In this document: positions 39,281 through 48,856 of the stretch, piece after piece
Numbering within the stretch: the stretch's first letter is position 1
Layout: each line of letters starts with the position of its first letter
Assembly: GCA_963804645.1 (NCBI GenBank)
Contig: CAWDRG010000009.1
Coordinates: forward strand, 1,280,001-1,344,000
Reading direction: 5' to 3'
DNA from: an uncultured Bacillota bacterium
GTDB lineage: Bacteria > Sysuimicrobiota > Sysuimicrobiia > Sysuimicrobiales > Segetimicrobiaceae
DNA: 64,000 bases
Notes under the pieces: model-generated
The model's input: only the letters and a program-made list of their open reading frames with translations
What the model was told of the DNA's origin: nothing
Database searches by the model: none
Program-made: the position numbers and the translations under genes

Positions 39281-40216
39281 ATGCGCATCCTCGTGATGGG
39301 CACCGGCGGCCTCGGGGGGTACTTCGGCGGGCTGCTCGGACGCGCCGGTGAGGACGTGGTGTTCGTCGCGCGCGGCGCGCATCTCGAGGCGATCGCGTCC
39401 CAGGGGCTCCGCGTGGCCAGCCCGGACGGCGATTTCGTGTTCCGGGGGCGCGCGGTCGCGCAGCCGGCGGAGGCGGGGTCGGTCGATCTCGTGCTCTTCG
39501 TGGTGAAGACCTACGACGAGGCCGCGGCCGCGGAGGCGATCCGCCCGGTGATGGGTCGCGAGACCGCGGTGCTGTGTCTGCAGAACGGCGTCGAGACGGA
39601 GGACCGGCTGGCGTCCATGTTCGGCCGGGCCGCGGTGCTCGGCGGCGCGACGTACGTGTCGGCGGGGATCGAAGCGCCGGGCGTCATCCGGCACTCCGGG
39701 CGGTCGGGCACGATCGTGTTCGGCGAGCTCGACGGCCGCGTCACGCCGCGCGTCAACGCGATCGACGCGACGCTCCGGCACGCCGGGATTCGAACCGAGG
39801 TCGTCACCGAGATCATGCGGGTGCTGTGGGAGAAGTTTGTGTTCATCTGCGCCGTCGGCGGGATGACCGCGACGACCCGCGTGACGCTTGGCGAGGTGTG
39901 GGATCAGGTAGAGTCCCGGGAGATGCTTCGGGGGCTGATGGAGGAAACCGCGGCGGTCGGCCGCGCCCGGGGCATCCTCCTGGACGGGGTGGTCGAGCGT
40001 CAGATGGCGCTCGTCGAACATTTGGTCGGCGGAGCGGACTACCACACGCGCGCTTCGCTCTACCATGATCTCGCCGCGGGGAAGCGCATGGAGCTCGACG
40101 CGCTGTGCGGGGCGGTGGTGCGGATGGGGCGCGACGCGGGCGTCCCGACGCCGTTCAGCATCGCGGTGGTCGCGGTGCTGCGGCCCCACGAGCGCCGCGC
40201 CGCGGCAAACCGCTGA
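39281..40216 (+). CDS. panE: 2-dehydropantoate 2-reductase family protein
   Basis: GTGGLGGYFG, VKTYD, LQNG, LWEKF, SLYHDL..GKRMELD, GVPTP. Confidence 0.88.
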   Translation: MRILVMGTGGLGGYFGGLLGRAGEDVVFVARGAHLEAIASQGLRVASPDGDFVFRGRAVAQPAEAGSVDLVLFVVKTYDEAAAAEAIRPVMGRETAVLCLQNGVETEDRLASMFGRAAVLGGATYVSAGIEAPGVIRHSGRSGTIVFGELDGRVTPRVNAIDATLRHAGIRTEVVTEIMRVLWEKFVFICAVGGMTATTRVTLGEVWDQVESREMLRGLMEETAAVGRARGILLDGVVERQMALVEHLVGGADYHTRASLYHDLAAGKRMELDALCGAVVRMGRDAGVPTPFSIAVVAVLRPHERRAAANR

Positions 40217-40438
40217 GCGGTCTTCTCCGTTCGCTTGCATTGGTCGCCCCTGCGGCATACAATACGCCTGTCGTGCACACCGGTCGTTCATCGTGAGGGG
40301 GCTCGCGGCCGCCGCGATCGCCGTGGGTGACGGACTCGCGGTGGTCGCCCGGCGGCGCCGGCGTCGTCTGCGGCTCGCCGCGGCGGCGGCCGGCGCGGTG
40401 CGGTGTCCCTTTCGCGTCACCCTCGTGACTCCATCCAG

Positions 40439-41185
40439 ATGCTGACCGCCTCACTGTCCGGTTCGCTGTACGCCCACAGGCAGGAGCTCGCGGCAGGCGC
40501 GGTCGCCGTGGGCTACGGGCTCGTGGCGGCCGTGGTGGTCGCCCGAGGGCGGTTCCGGCGTCCCTGGGTGCTCGCCGCGTTCGCGGCGGGCGCCCTGCTG
40601 TTCCCGTTCAGCGTTATCCTCGTGAGCTCGATCCAGACGTTGATCGCCACCCTGTTCGGCTGGGACGTCGACGCCTTCAGCTCCAGCCTGGGCATCGGGC
40701 TCGTGGGCGCGGCCACCGCCGCCGCGATCAACGAGATCCTCAAAGTCGCGGTCGCGCTCGTCGCGACGTCCAGGGACCATGCCGAATCGGACGCGGCCGT
40801 GTACGGCGCCGCGGTCGGCGCGGGCTTCGGGGCCGTCGGCGCCTACCAGGTCGTGGCGCTCGCGCTGATCGCCCGCGGGCTTCAGATCGGGGCGCCCGAG
40901 AACTTGGTCACGCCGCTCGCGCAGCAGTTTGGGTTCGTCGCCGCGAACGCCGCGTCGACCGCGCTGGCCGCGTACGGCGCGACCCACGGGCGTCTTGCGC
41001 TGTACCTCTTCGGGGCGATCGCGTGGCAGACGCTGTACGGGCTCCTCAGCGTGCTCTTCACCCTGCAGCTGTTCGCGACCGCGGTCTGGACCGTGCTCAG
41101 CGTGGTGGTCGGGCTCGTCCTGCTGGCCTACGCCGTCGTGCTGAGCTTGCGGCGGGCGCCGCCGGTTCCGGATCCCCCCGCGTGA
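40439..41185 (+). CDS. PrsW-like multi-pass membrane protein, catalytic residues apparently lost
   Basis: About 7 TM; AINEILK and YGAAVGAGFGAVGA in place of EExxK and GxGFxxxEN. Confidence 0.6.
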   Translation: MLTASLSGSLYAHRQELAAGAVAVGYGLVAAVVVARGRFRRPWVLAAFAAGALLFPFSVILVSSIQTLIATLFGWDVDAFSSSLGIGLVGAATAAAINEILKVAVALVATSRDHAESDAAVYGAAVGAGFGAVGAYQVVALALIARGLQIGAPENLVTPLAQQFGFVAANAASTALAAYGATHGRLALYLFGAIAWQTLYGLLSVLFTLQLFATAVWTVLSVVVGLVLLAYAVVLSLRRAPPVPDPPA

Positions 41186-42039
41186 TGGACGGGCCTGCCG
41201 TCGACGGCGCCGCCGCTCGGGATCGGGTTGCGGACGGATGGCGCCATTTGGCGGCGTTCTTCCGCCACGACGCCCGCGAGCTGCCCGACGCGATCGCCGC
41301 GTTCCGCGAGGCCGAACGGGCGCAGCGGGCCGCGGGCGGGGGCGAGGAGCTCGTGAACACGCTGCTCGGCCTCTCGCTGGCGCTGCGCCTCGCGCGTGAT
41401 CCCGACGAAGGCCGGCATGCGGTGGTGCTGGCCCAGGAAATGGTCAACATCGTCCGCCGGCACCGCGGAGACGCCGAGGCGCTGCCGTACCGGGCCGCGC
41501 TGGAAGCCGCGTACCGGGACCTCGCCGACGTCGAGCAGGGAGCGGCGGCGGACCGCGCCGCGGAGGAGGGGATCGAGGCCTGCGACCGCACGCTCGCGCT
41601 GGCGCGGCGGCTGCGGGAACCCGCGGCGGTCCCCGCGTCCCAAGCCACGAAGGCCGCGCTGCTCCACCGGCTCACCGCGCTCGGGGATTCCTCCGCGGCG
41701 CCCCGGCGCCCGCGCGATGCGCTGCGGCTGTTCGCGGCCGCGCTCGACGCGTGGCCGGCGCGTGACGTCGAGGGCCGCGCGGCCGTGCTGTGCGATTACG
41801 CGGAGGCGCTCGCGGATGCGGGAGAGGCCTCCCGCGCGGAGCGGTTCGCGCGCGACGCGGTGGAGGCGCTGCGCCCGACCACAAACCGCTATCTGTTGGC
41901 GCGGGCCCGCCGCGCGGAGGCGCGCGCGGCGCTGGCCGTCGATCGCCGGGATGCGCTCGACCTGGTAACCGCCGCCGCCGCGGAGTTTCGCGCGCTCGGG
42001 TGCGAGTGGGACGCGCGGCAGGTTGAGGCGCTGGTGTAA
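41185..42039 (+). CDS. Alpha-helical (TPR-like) hypothetical protein
   Basis: TGATG coupling to the upstream gene; Ala-rich helical repeats ending AAAEFRALG. Confidence 0.65.
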   Translation: MDGPAVDGAAARDRVADGWRHLAAFFRHDARELPDAIAAFREAERAQRAAGGGEELVNTLLGLSLALRLARDPDEGRHAVVLAQEMVNIVRRHRGDAEALPYRAALEAAYRDLADVEQGAAADRAAEEGIEACDRTLALARRLREPAAVPASQATKAALLHRLTALGDSSAAPRRPRDALRLFAAALDAWPARDVEGRAAVLCDYAEALADAGEASRAERFARDAVEALRPTTNRYLLARARRAEARAALAVDRRDALDLVTAAAAEFRALGCEWDARQVEALV

Positions 42040-42097
42040 CCGAACAGGGCGGGTGTTTCACACAGTGACGCGTCAGCGTGGAAAGGCGGCCGACGCC

Positions 42098-42463
42098 GTG
42101 GTCAATCCGAAGCTTCGGGGCCCGCTCGCCGATTCGTTGTTTCGCGCGGTGCTGCAACTGCGCACCGTGGACGAATGCTACCGCTTCTTTGAGGACCTGT
42201 GTACGATCGGGGAGGTCCAGGCGCTGGCCCAGCGGTTCGCGGTCGCTCGGATGCTGGACCAGGGAAAGACCTACCAGGACATCGAGGCGCGCACCGGCGC
42301 GTCGTCGGCGACGATCAGCCGCGTGCGCCGGTTCCTTACCTACGGCGCGGACGGATATGCCCTCGTGCTCGGACGCCTGGGGCGCACCGAGCGCGTGGCC
42401 CGCGCGCGCCGCACGACGCGCGGCGATGCGCGCCGCAACGGCGGGCGGTCCGGGCATGCCTGA
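42098..42463 (+). CDS. hisR: TrpR-like YerC/YecD family repressor, probable HisR
   Basis: LFRAVLQL..ECYRFFEDLCTIGE..LAQRF.VARML..TY..I..TGASSATISRV; matching operator found before hisZ. Confidence 0.85.
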   Translation: MVNPKLRGPLADSLFRAVLQLRTVDECYRFFEDLCTIGEVQALAQRFAVARMLDQGKTYQDIEARTGASSATISRVRRFLTYGADGYALVLGRLGRTERVARARRTTRGDARRNGGRSGHA

Positions 42464-42935
42464 GCCGTTCCGCCGGCCGGCCGCCGTCGGTCTCGTCGCC
42501 GCGATCGTGACTCTGTGTCTGCTGGCCGCGGCCGCGGCCGCGCAGACGCTGGACGATCGCGTGTACGCGGTGGCCCGTCAGCTGCTCTGTCCCGTGTGCC
42601 AGGGCCAGACCGTCGCCGAGAGCGATGCGACGGTGGCCCAGGAGATGCGCGGAATTATCCGCCAGAAGCTCCAGGCCGGCGAGACGCCGGACCAGATCCT
42701 TCAGTATTTCGTCGGTCAGTTCGGCGACAGCATCCTGGCGGAGCCGCCCAGGCGGGGCGTGTCGTGGCTGCTGTATCTCGGCCCGCTGGCCGCGCTGCTC
42801 GTCGGGCTCGGCATTGCCGCGGTGGTGATTCGACGGTGGGCCGGCCGCCGCGTCGAGCCCGCCGCGACCACGGCGGCACCGGACCCCTCCGATCTCGCGC
42901 GGCTCGCCCGCGAGCTCGACGCGCGCGACCGCTGA
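42456..42935 (+). CDS. ccmH: Cytochrome c-type biogenesis protein CcmH
   Basis: Signal/TM, LLCPVCQGQTVAESDA, YFVGQFGDSILAEPP, second TM. Confidence 0.88.
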   Translation: MPEPFRRPAAVGLVAAIVTLCLLAAAAAAQTLDDRVYAVARQLLCPVCQGQTVAESDATVAQEMRGIIRQKLQAGETPDQILQYFVGQFGDSILAEPPRRGVSWLLYLGPLAALLVGLGIAAVVIRRWAGRRVEPAATTAAPDPSDLARLARELDARDR

Positions 42936-42954
42936 TCTCTGCGCCGGCGCCCGG

Positions 42955-43476
42955 CTAGTATTTCACCAGCGGAATCTGCTTCATGGCGTCAAAGTTGACG
43001 ATCGCGTACGCCTTGTTCTCGAGCTGATAGTAGCGCGCCACCTTCTTCTCTGGAATGACGGCCTCGAACTTCGGCATATAGGACTGCAGCAGTTGCGCGC
43101 GCTGGATCTGGATCGCGAGAAAGTCCTGCGTGAGCCGCTTCGCGGTGGCGTCGGGCAGGGTCTGGTAGTTGGCCGCGTATTCTTGGGCGTCGGCGGCGAG
43201 GCGGTCGCCGAGCGCGACCAGGCCCTTCTGCAGCGAGTCGTACACCGGCCAGAACGCCGTGGCCTCCGACTGCGTGAGCTGCATGTTCTGCGCGACGAAC
43301 GACTTCTTGTCGGCCTGGATCTGCTGGCGCACGATGTCCATGTTGTTCGCCGGCGCGTTGCCGGGATTGCTCGCCGGCGGGGTCTGCTGGGCGTTCTGCG
43401 ACCGCGCGGGGCCGGCGAACACGGCCATGCTGCAGATCAGCGCCACGACGAGCAACAGCGTTCCACTTGTCTTCAT
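42955..43476 (-). CDS. Secreted helical hypothetical protein
   Basis: AGGAGG RBS, signal peptide, LTQSEATAFWPVYD..KKVARYYQLE. Confidence 0.75.
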   Translation of the reverse strand: MKTSGTLLLVVALICSMAVFAGPARSQNAQQTPPASNPGNAPANNMDIVRQQIQADKKSFVAQNMQLTQSEATAFWPVYDSLQKGLVALGDRLAADAQEYAANYQTLPDATAKRLTQDFLAIQIQRAQLLQSYMPKFEAVIPEKKVARYYQLENKAYAIVNFDAMKQIPLVKY

Positions 43477-43574
43477 TCCGATCGTCCTCCTGGGATGCGT
43501 GATGGGGCGTGCCGGAGCGGACCATTCCGTGCCGGCTCGGGAAAGCCCTCCCGCGTGCACGCCGCCCGCCGGCG

Positions 43575-43603
43575 TTGACGGTGACGCCTCAGTATGCTAC
43601 CAT
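43575..43603 (+). promoter_or_regulatory. Sigma70-type promoter of the his operon with extended -10
   Basis: TTGACG, 17 bp spacer, TACCAT preceded by TGC. Confidence 0.75.
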
Positions 43604-43626
43604 AAGCCGCGTCTTTGATACTGTAG

Positions 43627-43646
43627 TGCTTTATCCGACTAAAGTA
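43627..43646. promoter_or_regulatory. HisR-type palindromic operator
   Basis: TGCTTTA-TCCGAC-TAAAGTA, an AT-rich 20-bp palindrome downstream of the promoter; close to the Firmicutes HisR consensus as I recall it (YACTTTA-N6-TAAAGTR). Confidence 0.8.
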
Positions 43647-43703
43647 CACGACCCCACGGCACGGTGCGCCGCGCCGGGTACCGGAAGAGAGGGAGCGCGT
43701 CCG

Positions 43704-44975
43704 ATGCGCCTAGAGCGCTGGCAGCAGATTCCGACGGGCACGCGCGACCTGCTTCCCGACGAGACCGCGCGGGTGCGTCAGGTGGCGACCGGGGTGCTCG
43801 AGCGCATGCGCCGGTGGGGGTACCGCGAGGTGACCACCCCGACGCTCGAATACCTCGACGTGCTGGTCTGGGGTGAGGGGAGCGCGGCCGGGGATCAGTT
43901 GTTCAAGCTCGTGGACCGGGGCGGCGAGATCCTTGCGCTGCGTCCGGAGATGACCACGTCCGTCGCCCGGCTCGTGGCGACGCGGCTGCGGTCGGCGCCC
44001 CTGCCGCTCCGCCTCGCGTACGCGGGACAGGTGTTTCGCTGGCGCGAGGCGGGGTCCGGGCGCCTGCGGGAGTTTCCCCAGGTGGGCTGTGAGTTGATCG
44101 GGGCGGGCACCCTCGAGGCCGACGCGGAGATCGTGGCGCTCGCGGTCGAGGCGCTCGCGGCGGCTGGGGTGGGCCAGTTCTCGATCAGCCTCGGACACGT
44201 CGGGTTTCTTCGCGCCCTGCTCGCCGGGCTGCACCTGCCGGAGTCCGAGCTGGAGGATGCGCAGGCGCTCCTCTACCAGAAGGACTTCGTGGGGCTCCGT
44301 GCCCTGCTCGAACGGCACCACGCCGACGCGTCGCACGTGAACGCGCTGCTCGCCCTGCCCACGCTGCGGGGGCCGGCGGCCCTCGAGGAAGCGCGGCGCC
44401 TCGTGGATGCGCCGGAAGTCCAGGCCGTGCTGAGCGACCTCGCCGGACTCGAGCGGATGCTGCGTGCCTACGGCGTGTGGGACGCCGTCACGGTCGACCT
44501 CAGCATCATCCGCGACTTCGAGTACTACACGGGGATCGTGTTCGAGGGACACACGGCCGCGCTTGGGGTCCCGCTGCTCGGCGGCGGCCGGTACGACCGG
44601 CTGCTCGAGCGCTTCGGCGTGTCCTGGCCGGCGACGGGATTCGCCGTGCGCGTCGAACGCGTGCTGTCGGCCGACGAGAGCGGTGCGGGCGGCTGGGCGC
44701 CGGACGCGGTCGTCGCGTTCGAGAACGGCAGCCGCGACGCGGCGCTGGCGTGCGCGCGCGCGCTGCGGGACCGAGGGCTGACCGTCGCCGTGGAAGTGCA
44801 GGGACGCACGTGGGACGATGTCGCGGATGAGGCGCTGGCCCGCGGGACGGGCCGCGCGCTGCTGGTGCGGGGTCAGACGGTCGTCGTCCGCGAACGCGGC
44901 GGCGAGGAACGGACCGTGGCGCTCGAAGACGTGACGCGAGGACACGGAGAGGAGGACGCACGATGGAGACGGTGA
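43704..44975 (+). CDS. hisZ: ATP phosphoribosyltransferase regulatory subunit
   Basis: PTGTRD, TPTLEY, LRPEMT, REFPQVGCELIG, EYYTG, GGGRYD, ATGF. Confidence 0.93.
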   Translation: MRLERWQQIPTGTRDLLPDETARVRQVATGVLERMRRWGYREVTTPTLEYLDVLVWGEGSAAGDQLFKLVDRGGEILALRPEMTTSVARLVATRLRSAPLPLRLAYAGQVFRWREAGSGRLREFPQVGCELIGAGTLEADAEIVALAVEALAAAGVGQFSISLGHVGFLRALLAGLHLPESELEDAQALLYQKDFVGLRALLERHHADASHVNALLALPTLRGPAALEEARRLVDAPEVQAVLSDLAGLERMLRAYGVWDAVTVDLSIIRDFEYYTGIVFEGHTAALGVPLLGGGRYDRLLERFGVSWPATGFAVRVERVLSADESGAGGWAPDAVVAFENGSRDAALACARALRDRGLTVAVEVQGRTWDDVADEALARGTGRALLVRGQTVVVRERGGEERTVALEDVTRGHGEEDARWRR

Positions 44976-45619
44976 CGATCGCGATTCCATCCGGACGCCT
45001 GCTGGAGGGCACGCTGCAGACGCTCGAGACCGCGGGCTACTTCGCGCCCGGCGAGTGGCGCACGACGCGGCGGCTCATCCTGCCGAGCACCGACGGCGCG
45101 ATCCGGTGCCTCATCGCCAAGCCCGTCGATCTGCTGACCTACGTCGAGTACGGCGCGTCGGATCTGGGTGTCGCCGGGAAGGACACGTTGCTCGAGCAGG
45201 CGCAGGACGTCTACGAGCTCGTGGATCTCGGCTTCGGCTTCTGCCGCGGCATCGTCGCGTTTCCCGCCGCCACCGCGGCGGGGTGGGAAGCCAAGAGCCC
45301 GCTGCGGATCGCCACGAAGTACCCGCACGTAACGGAGCGGTACTTCTGGAGCCAGGGCCGCCCGGTCGAGATCATCGCCATGCACGGGAGCGTCGAGCTC
45401 GCCCCGCAGGTCGGGCTCGCGGACGGGATCATGGATCTGGTGATGACGGGGCGCACGCTCGCGGAGAATCAGCTCGTGGAGGTCGCGGAGCTGTTTCGCT
45501 CCACCGCGCGCCTCGTCGTCAACCGCGTGAGCCTGCGCAGCCGCGCGGAGGCGGTGCAGGCCGTCGTCCAGCGCCTCCGCGCCGCGGTGGCGCAGCGCGC
45601 CGCCGTGACCTCCGGGTAG
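44963..45619 (+). CDS. hisG: ATP phosphoribosyltransferase, short form
   Basis: IAIPSGRL, DLGVAGKD, IATKYP, GSVELAP..GLAD.I.DLV.TG.TL..N. Confidence 0.95.
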   Translation: METVTIAIPSGRLLEGTLQTLETAGYFAPGEWRTTRRLILPSTDGAIRCLIAKPVDLLTYVEYGASDLGVAGKDTLLEQAQDVYELVDLGFGFCRGIVAFPAATAAGWEAKSPLRIATKYPHVTERYFWSQGRPVEIIAMHGSVELAPQVGLADGIMDLVMTGRTLAENQLVEVAELFRSTARLVVNRVSLRSRAEAVQAVVQRLRAAVAQRAAVTSG

Positions 45620-45635
45620 CGGGGGAGGGCCGCGC

Positions 45636-46943
45636 ATGGACGTCATGAAGCTGCACGAAATATCGCCGGAACGGCTGCGGCGGATGCTGCGCCGGTCGGG
45701 GGCCGAAGTGTTCGGCCCCGAGCTGGTCGCGCACGTGCGCGGCATCATGGAAGACGTCCAGCGTCGCGGGGATCAGGCGATCGTCGAGTGCACGCAGCGG
45801 TACGACGGCGTCGAGCTGACCGCGGACCGTCTGCGCGTCGGCCCCGACGAGATCCGGGCGGCGCACGCCGAGGTGGACGACGGCCTCCGGACGGCGCTTG
45901 CGACGAGCATCGAATGCGCCCGCCGCTACAGCGAGTGGCTGCGTCCGCCCGCGCTTTCGCTCGACGAACTCGCGCCGGGCACCACGGTCGGCGTCAAGTG
46001 GACGCCGGTCGAGAGCGTCGGCCTCTACATCCCGAGCGGCAAGGGGGCGTTTCCGTCGACGCTCATCACCATGGCCACGCCTGCGGTGGTCGCGGGGGTG
46101 GACGAGATCGCGGTGCTGGTGCCGCCGCGCAAGGACGGCACCGCGGATCCCGCCCTGCTGGTAGCGGCGGATCTGCTCGGACTCACGCAGGTGTTTCGGT
46201 GCAACGGCGTGGCGGGCATCGCGGGGCTGGCGTTCGGGACGGCCACGCTCCCCGCGGTCCGGCTGCTCGGCGGTCCGGGGAACCCGTACGTCACCGCCGC
46301 GCAGATCGCGGCCCAGGCGTCCGGCGTGCGGCTGCTCGCGGTGCTGGGTCCGACCGAGTCGATGATTCTGGCCGACGAGGGGGCGGATCCGGCGCGCGCG
46401 GCGCTCGATCTCATCAACGAGGCCGAGCACGGCAAGGACTCGGCGGCGATTCTCGTCACGCCGTCGGCGGCGCTCGCCGAGGAGGTGCAGGCGGCGCTGC
46501 CGCGCTATCTCGCGCAGCTCCCCGCCTGGCGGCGCGAGTTTGCCGAGGCCGCGATGAGCGACTACGGCGGCGCGGTCGTGACGCGGACGCTCGAGGAAGC
46601 CATCGGGTTCGTGAACCTGTACGCGCCCGAGCACCTGCAGATCGCGACCCGCGACCCGTTCGCGACGCTGCTCCAGATTCGCAACGCCGGCGAGGTGTTG
46701 GTCGGGCAAGACACCCCGTTTTCCGCGGGGAACTACGCCCTCGGCGTGCCGGCGGCTCTGCCGACCGGAGGCGCCGCGCGGGTCGGCTCGGGCGTGACGG
46801 TGCTGAGCTTTCTCAAGGCGACGTCGGTCGCGCATCTCGACGCGCGCGGCCTCGCCGCGGCCCGTCCGGTCGTCGAGCGCCTGGGGCGCTACGAGGATTT
46901 CCCGGCGCACGTGCTCGCCGTGACGGCGCGGGGCGAGCAATGA
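45636..46943 (+). CDS. hisD: Histidinol dehydrogenase, divergent
   Basis: GLYIP, GPGNPYV, GPTE, EAEH, APEHL, LPTGG, EDFPAH; position within the his operon. Confidence 0.88.
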   Translation: MDVMKLHEISPERLRRMLRRSGAEVFGPELVAHVRGIMEDVQRRGDQAIVECTQRYDGVELTADRLRVGPDEIRAAHAEVDDGLRTALATSIECARRYSEWLRPPALSLDELAPGTTVGVKWTPVESVGLYIPSGKGAFPSTLITMATPAVVAGVDEIAVLVPPRKDGTADPALLVAADLLGLTQVFRCNGVAGIAGLAFGTATLPAVRLLGGPGNPYVTAAQIAAQASGVRLLAVLGPTESMILADEGADPARAALDLINEAEHGKDSAAILVTPSAALAEEVQAALPRYLAQLPAWRREFAEAAMSDYGGAVVTRTLEEAIGFVNLYAPEHLQIATRDPFATLLQIRNAGEVLVGQDTPFSAGNYALGVPAALPTGGAARVGSGVTVLSFLKATSVAHLDARGLAAARPVVERLGRYEDFPAHVLAVTARGEQ

Positions 46944-47530
46944 GCCGCGAGGGCCGCGCGCTCCGGGCCACGGGGGAAACGCGGGTCGAGGCGGCGTGGG
47001 TGGTCGACGGAACGGGCCGGGCCGACATCTCGACCGGCGTGGCGTTCTTCGACCACATGCTCGCCCAGGTCGCGCGCCACGGCCGGTTCGACGTGTCGGT
47101 CGCGGCGACCGGGGACCTCGCGATCGATGCCCACCACACCGTGGAGGACGTCGGCATCGCGCTCGGCCGCGCCCTTCGCGGGGCGCTCGGGGACGGCGCG
47201 GGCATCCGCCGCTACGCGTCCGCGTACGCGCCCCTCGACGAGGCGCTGGTGCTCGCGGTCGTTGACGTGAGCGGACGACCGTTCCTCCACTACGCCGTGC
47301 CGGTGCCCCGCCAGCGCCTCGGCGCGTACGACACCGACCTGACGGAGGAGTTTTTCCGGGCGCTGGCCATGCACGCGGGGATTACGCTGCACGTGATGCT
47401 GAGCCACGGACGGAACGCGCACCACATCGTGGAGGCGGCGTTCAAGGCCTTCGCGCTCGCCCTCGACCGCGCGACGGAGCTCGACCCGCGGATCACGGAC
47501 GTGCCGTCGACGAAGGGGACGCTCGCGTGA
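46940..47530 (+). CDS. hisB: Imidazoleglycerol-phosphate dehydratase (monofunctional)
   Basis: FFDHML, DAHHTVED, PLDE, SGRP, NAHHIVEA.FK, PSTKG. Confidence 0.96.
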   Translation: MSREGRALRATGETRVEAAWVVDGTGRADISTGVAFFDHMLAQVARHGRFDVSVAATGDLAIDAHHTVEDVGIALGRALRGALGDGAGIRRYASAYAPLDEALVLAVVDVSGRPFLHYAVPVPRQRLGAYDTDLTEEFFRALAMHAGITLHVMLSHGRNAHHIVEAAFKAFALALDRATELDPRITDVPSTKGTLA

Positions 47531-48153
47531 TCGCGATCACCGACTACGGCGCGGGTAATCTCCACAGCATCCGCCAGGCGCTGGTGCGCCAGGGACTGGA
47601 CGCGAGGGTGACGGCGGACCCGGGCGCGCTCGACGAGGCGGCCGCGGTCGTCGTGCCGGGGGACGGGGCGTTCGGCCCGGCGATCGAGCGCCTAGAAGCC
47701 CTGGGGTGGGCCGAGCGCATTCGCGCGTTCGTGGGCTCGGGGCGTCCGCTGCTCGGGATCTGCCTCGGGATGCAGCTCCTGTTTGACGAGAGCGAGGAGG
47801 ACGGGGTGTATCGGGGCCTCGGCGTGCTGCGCGGCCGCGTCGTGCGGCTGCCGGACCGCGTCAAGGTGCCGCACATGGGCTGGAACCAGCTGCGCGTGCT
47901 CCGCCCGTCGCCGCTGCTCGACGGGGTCGCGTCGGGCGCCTACGTGTACTTCGTCCACTCGTACTACGCGGAGCCCGACGATCCCGAGGTGATCGCGGCG
48001 ACCACGACCTACGGGGGCGAGCTGGCCGCGGTGGTCGGCCGCGGCAACGTGTGGGCGACCCAGTTTCACCCGGAGAAGTCGGGCACGGTCGGCGTGCGGA
48101 TGATCGAGAGCTTCGCGAGGTGGGCGGTCGGTGCTGGTACTCCCCGCGGTTGA
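47527..48153 (+). CDS. hisH: Imidazole glycerol phosphate synthase glutaminase subunit
   Basis: DYGAGN, GICLGMQ, PHMGWN, YFVHSY, QFHPEKS. Confidence 0.96.
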   Translation: MIAITDYGAGNLHSIRQALVRQGLDARVTADPGALDEAAAVVVPGDGAFGPAIERLEALGWAERIRAFVGSGRPLLGICLGMQLLFDESEEDGVYRGLGVLRGRVVRLPDRVKVPHMGWNQLRVLRPSPLLDGVASGAYVYFVHSYYAEPDDPEVIAATTTYGGELAAVVGRGNVWATQFHPEKSGTVGVRMIESFARWAVGAGTPRG

Positions 48154-48853
48154 CATCCGGGGCGGCCGCTGCGTGCGCCTCGTCCAGGGCGTCCGGGACC
48201 AGGAGCGCGTCTACGGCGACGATCCCGTCGCGGCCGCGCTCCGGTGGCAGGACGCCGGCGCCGCCTGGGTACACGTGGTCGATCTGGACGGCGCGTTCGA
48301 CGGCCGGCCGCGCAACGACGCGGTGATCGCGCGGATGATCGCCGCACTCCGGGTTCCCGTCGAGGTCGGGGGCGGCATCCGCGATCTCGAGACGATTCGA
48401 CGCTACCTCGACGCGGGCGCGGCGCGGGTGATCCTCGGCACCGCGGCGGCCTCGGCGCCCGAGGTGCTGCGGGACGCGTGTGTCGCGTTCGGCGACCGGG
48501 TCGCGGTGGGGATCGATGCGCGCGGCGGCGCGGTCGTGACCGAGGGATGGGTGACGTCGACCGGCGAGCCGGCGCTCTCGGCGGCGTCGCGCGTCGTCGC
48601 GAGCGGTGCGCGCCGGATCATCTACACCGACACAAGCCGGGACGGCATGCTCGCCGGCCCGAACCTCGCCGCCTTCGAGGCGATGCTCCGGGTCGCGTCG
48701 GTGCCTGTCATCGCGTCCGGCGGCGTGGCGTCGGCCGACGACGTGCGCCGCCTGCGGGCGCTGGCATCCGCCGGGCTCGAGGGCGTCATCGTGGGGCGCG
48801 CCCTGTACGAGGCGCGCGTGACACTCGAGGACCTGCTCGAGGCGGCGGCCTGA
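48131..48853 (+). CDS. hisA: ProFAR isomerase
   Basis: [41 protein letters not shown]. Confidence 0.95.
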   Translation: MLVLPAVDIRGGRCVRLVQGVRDQERVYGDDPVAAALRWQDAGAAWVHVVDLDGAFDGRPRNDAVIARMIAALRVPVEVGGGIRDLETIRRYLDAGAARVILGTAAASAPEVLRDACVAFGDRVAVGIDARGGAVVTEGWVTSTGEPALSAASRVVASGARRIIYTDTSRDGMLAGPNLAAFEAMLRVASVPVIASGGVASADDVRRLRALASAGLEGVIVGRALYEARVTLEDLLEAAA

Positions 48854-48856
48854 CGG

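Noticed and set aside
36871..39303. 810-aa minus-strand ORF, and similar long antisense ORFs (3616-5589, 32841-34745, 53709-55697, 55786-57930)
   Set aside because: They lie opposite well-supported genes, are Arg/Pro/Ala-rich and show no family motifs.
42051..42075. Weak palindrome TGTTTCA-CACAG-TGACGCG upstream of hisR as an autoregulatory site
   Set aside because: Poor match to the operator at 43627 and wrong spacing; insufficient without comparative data.
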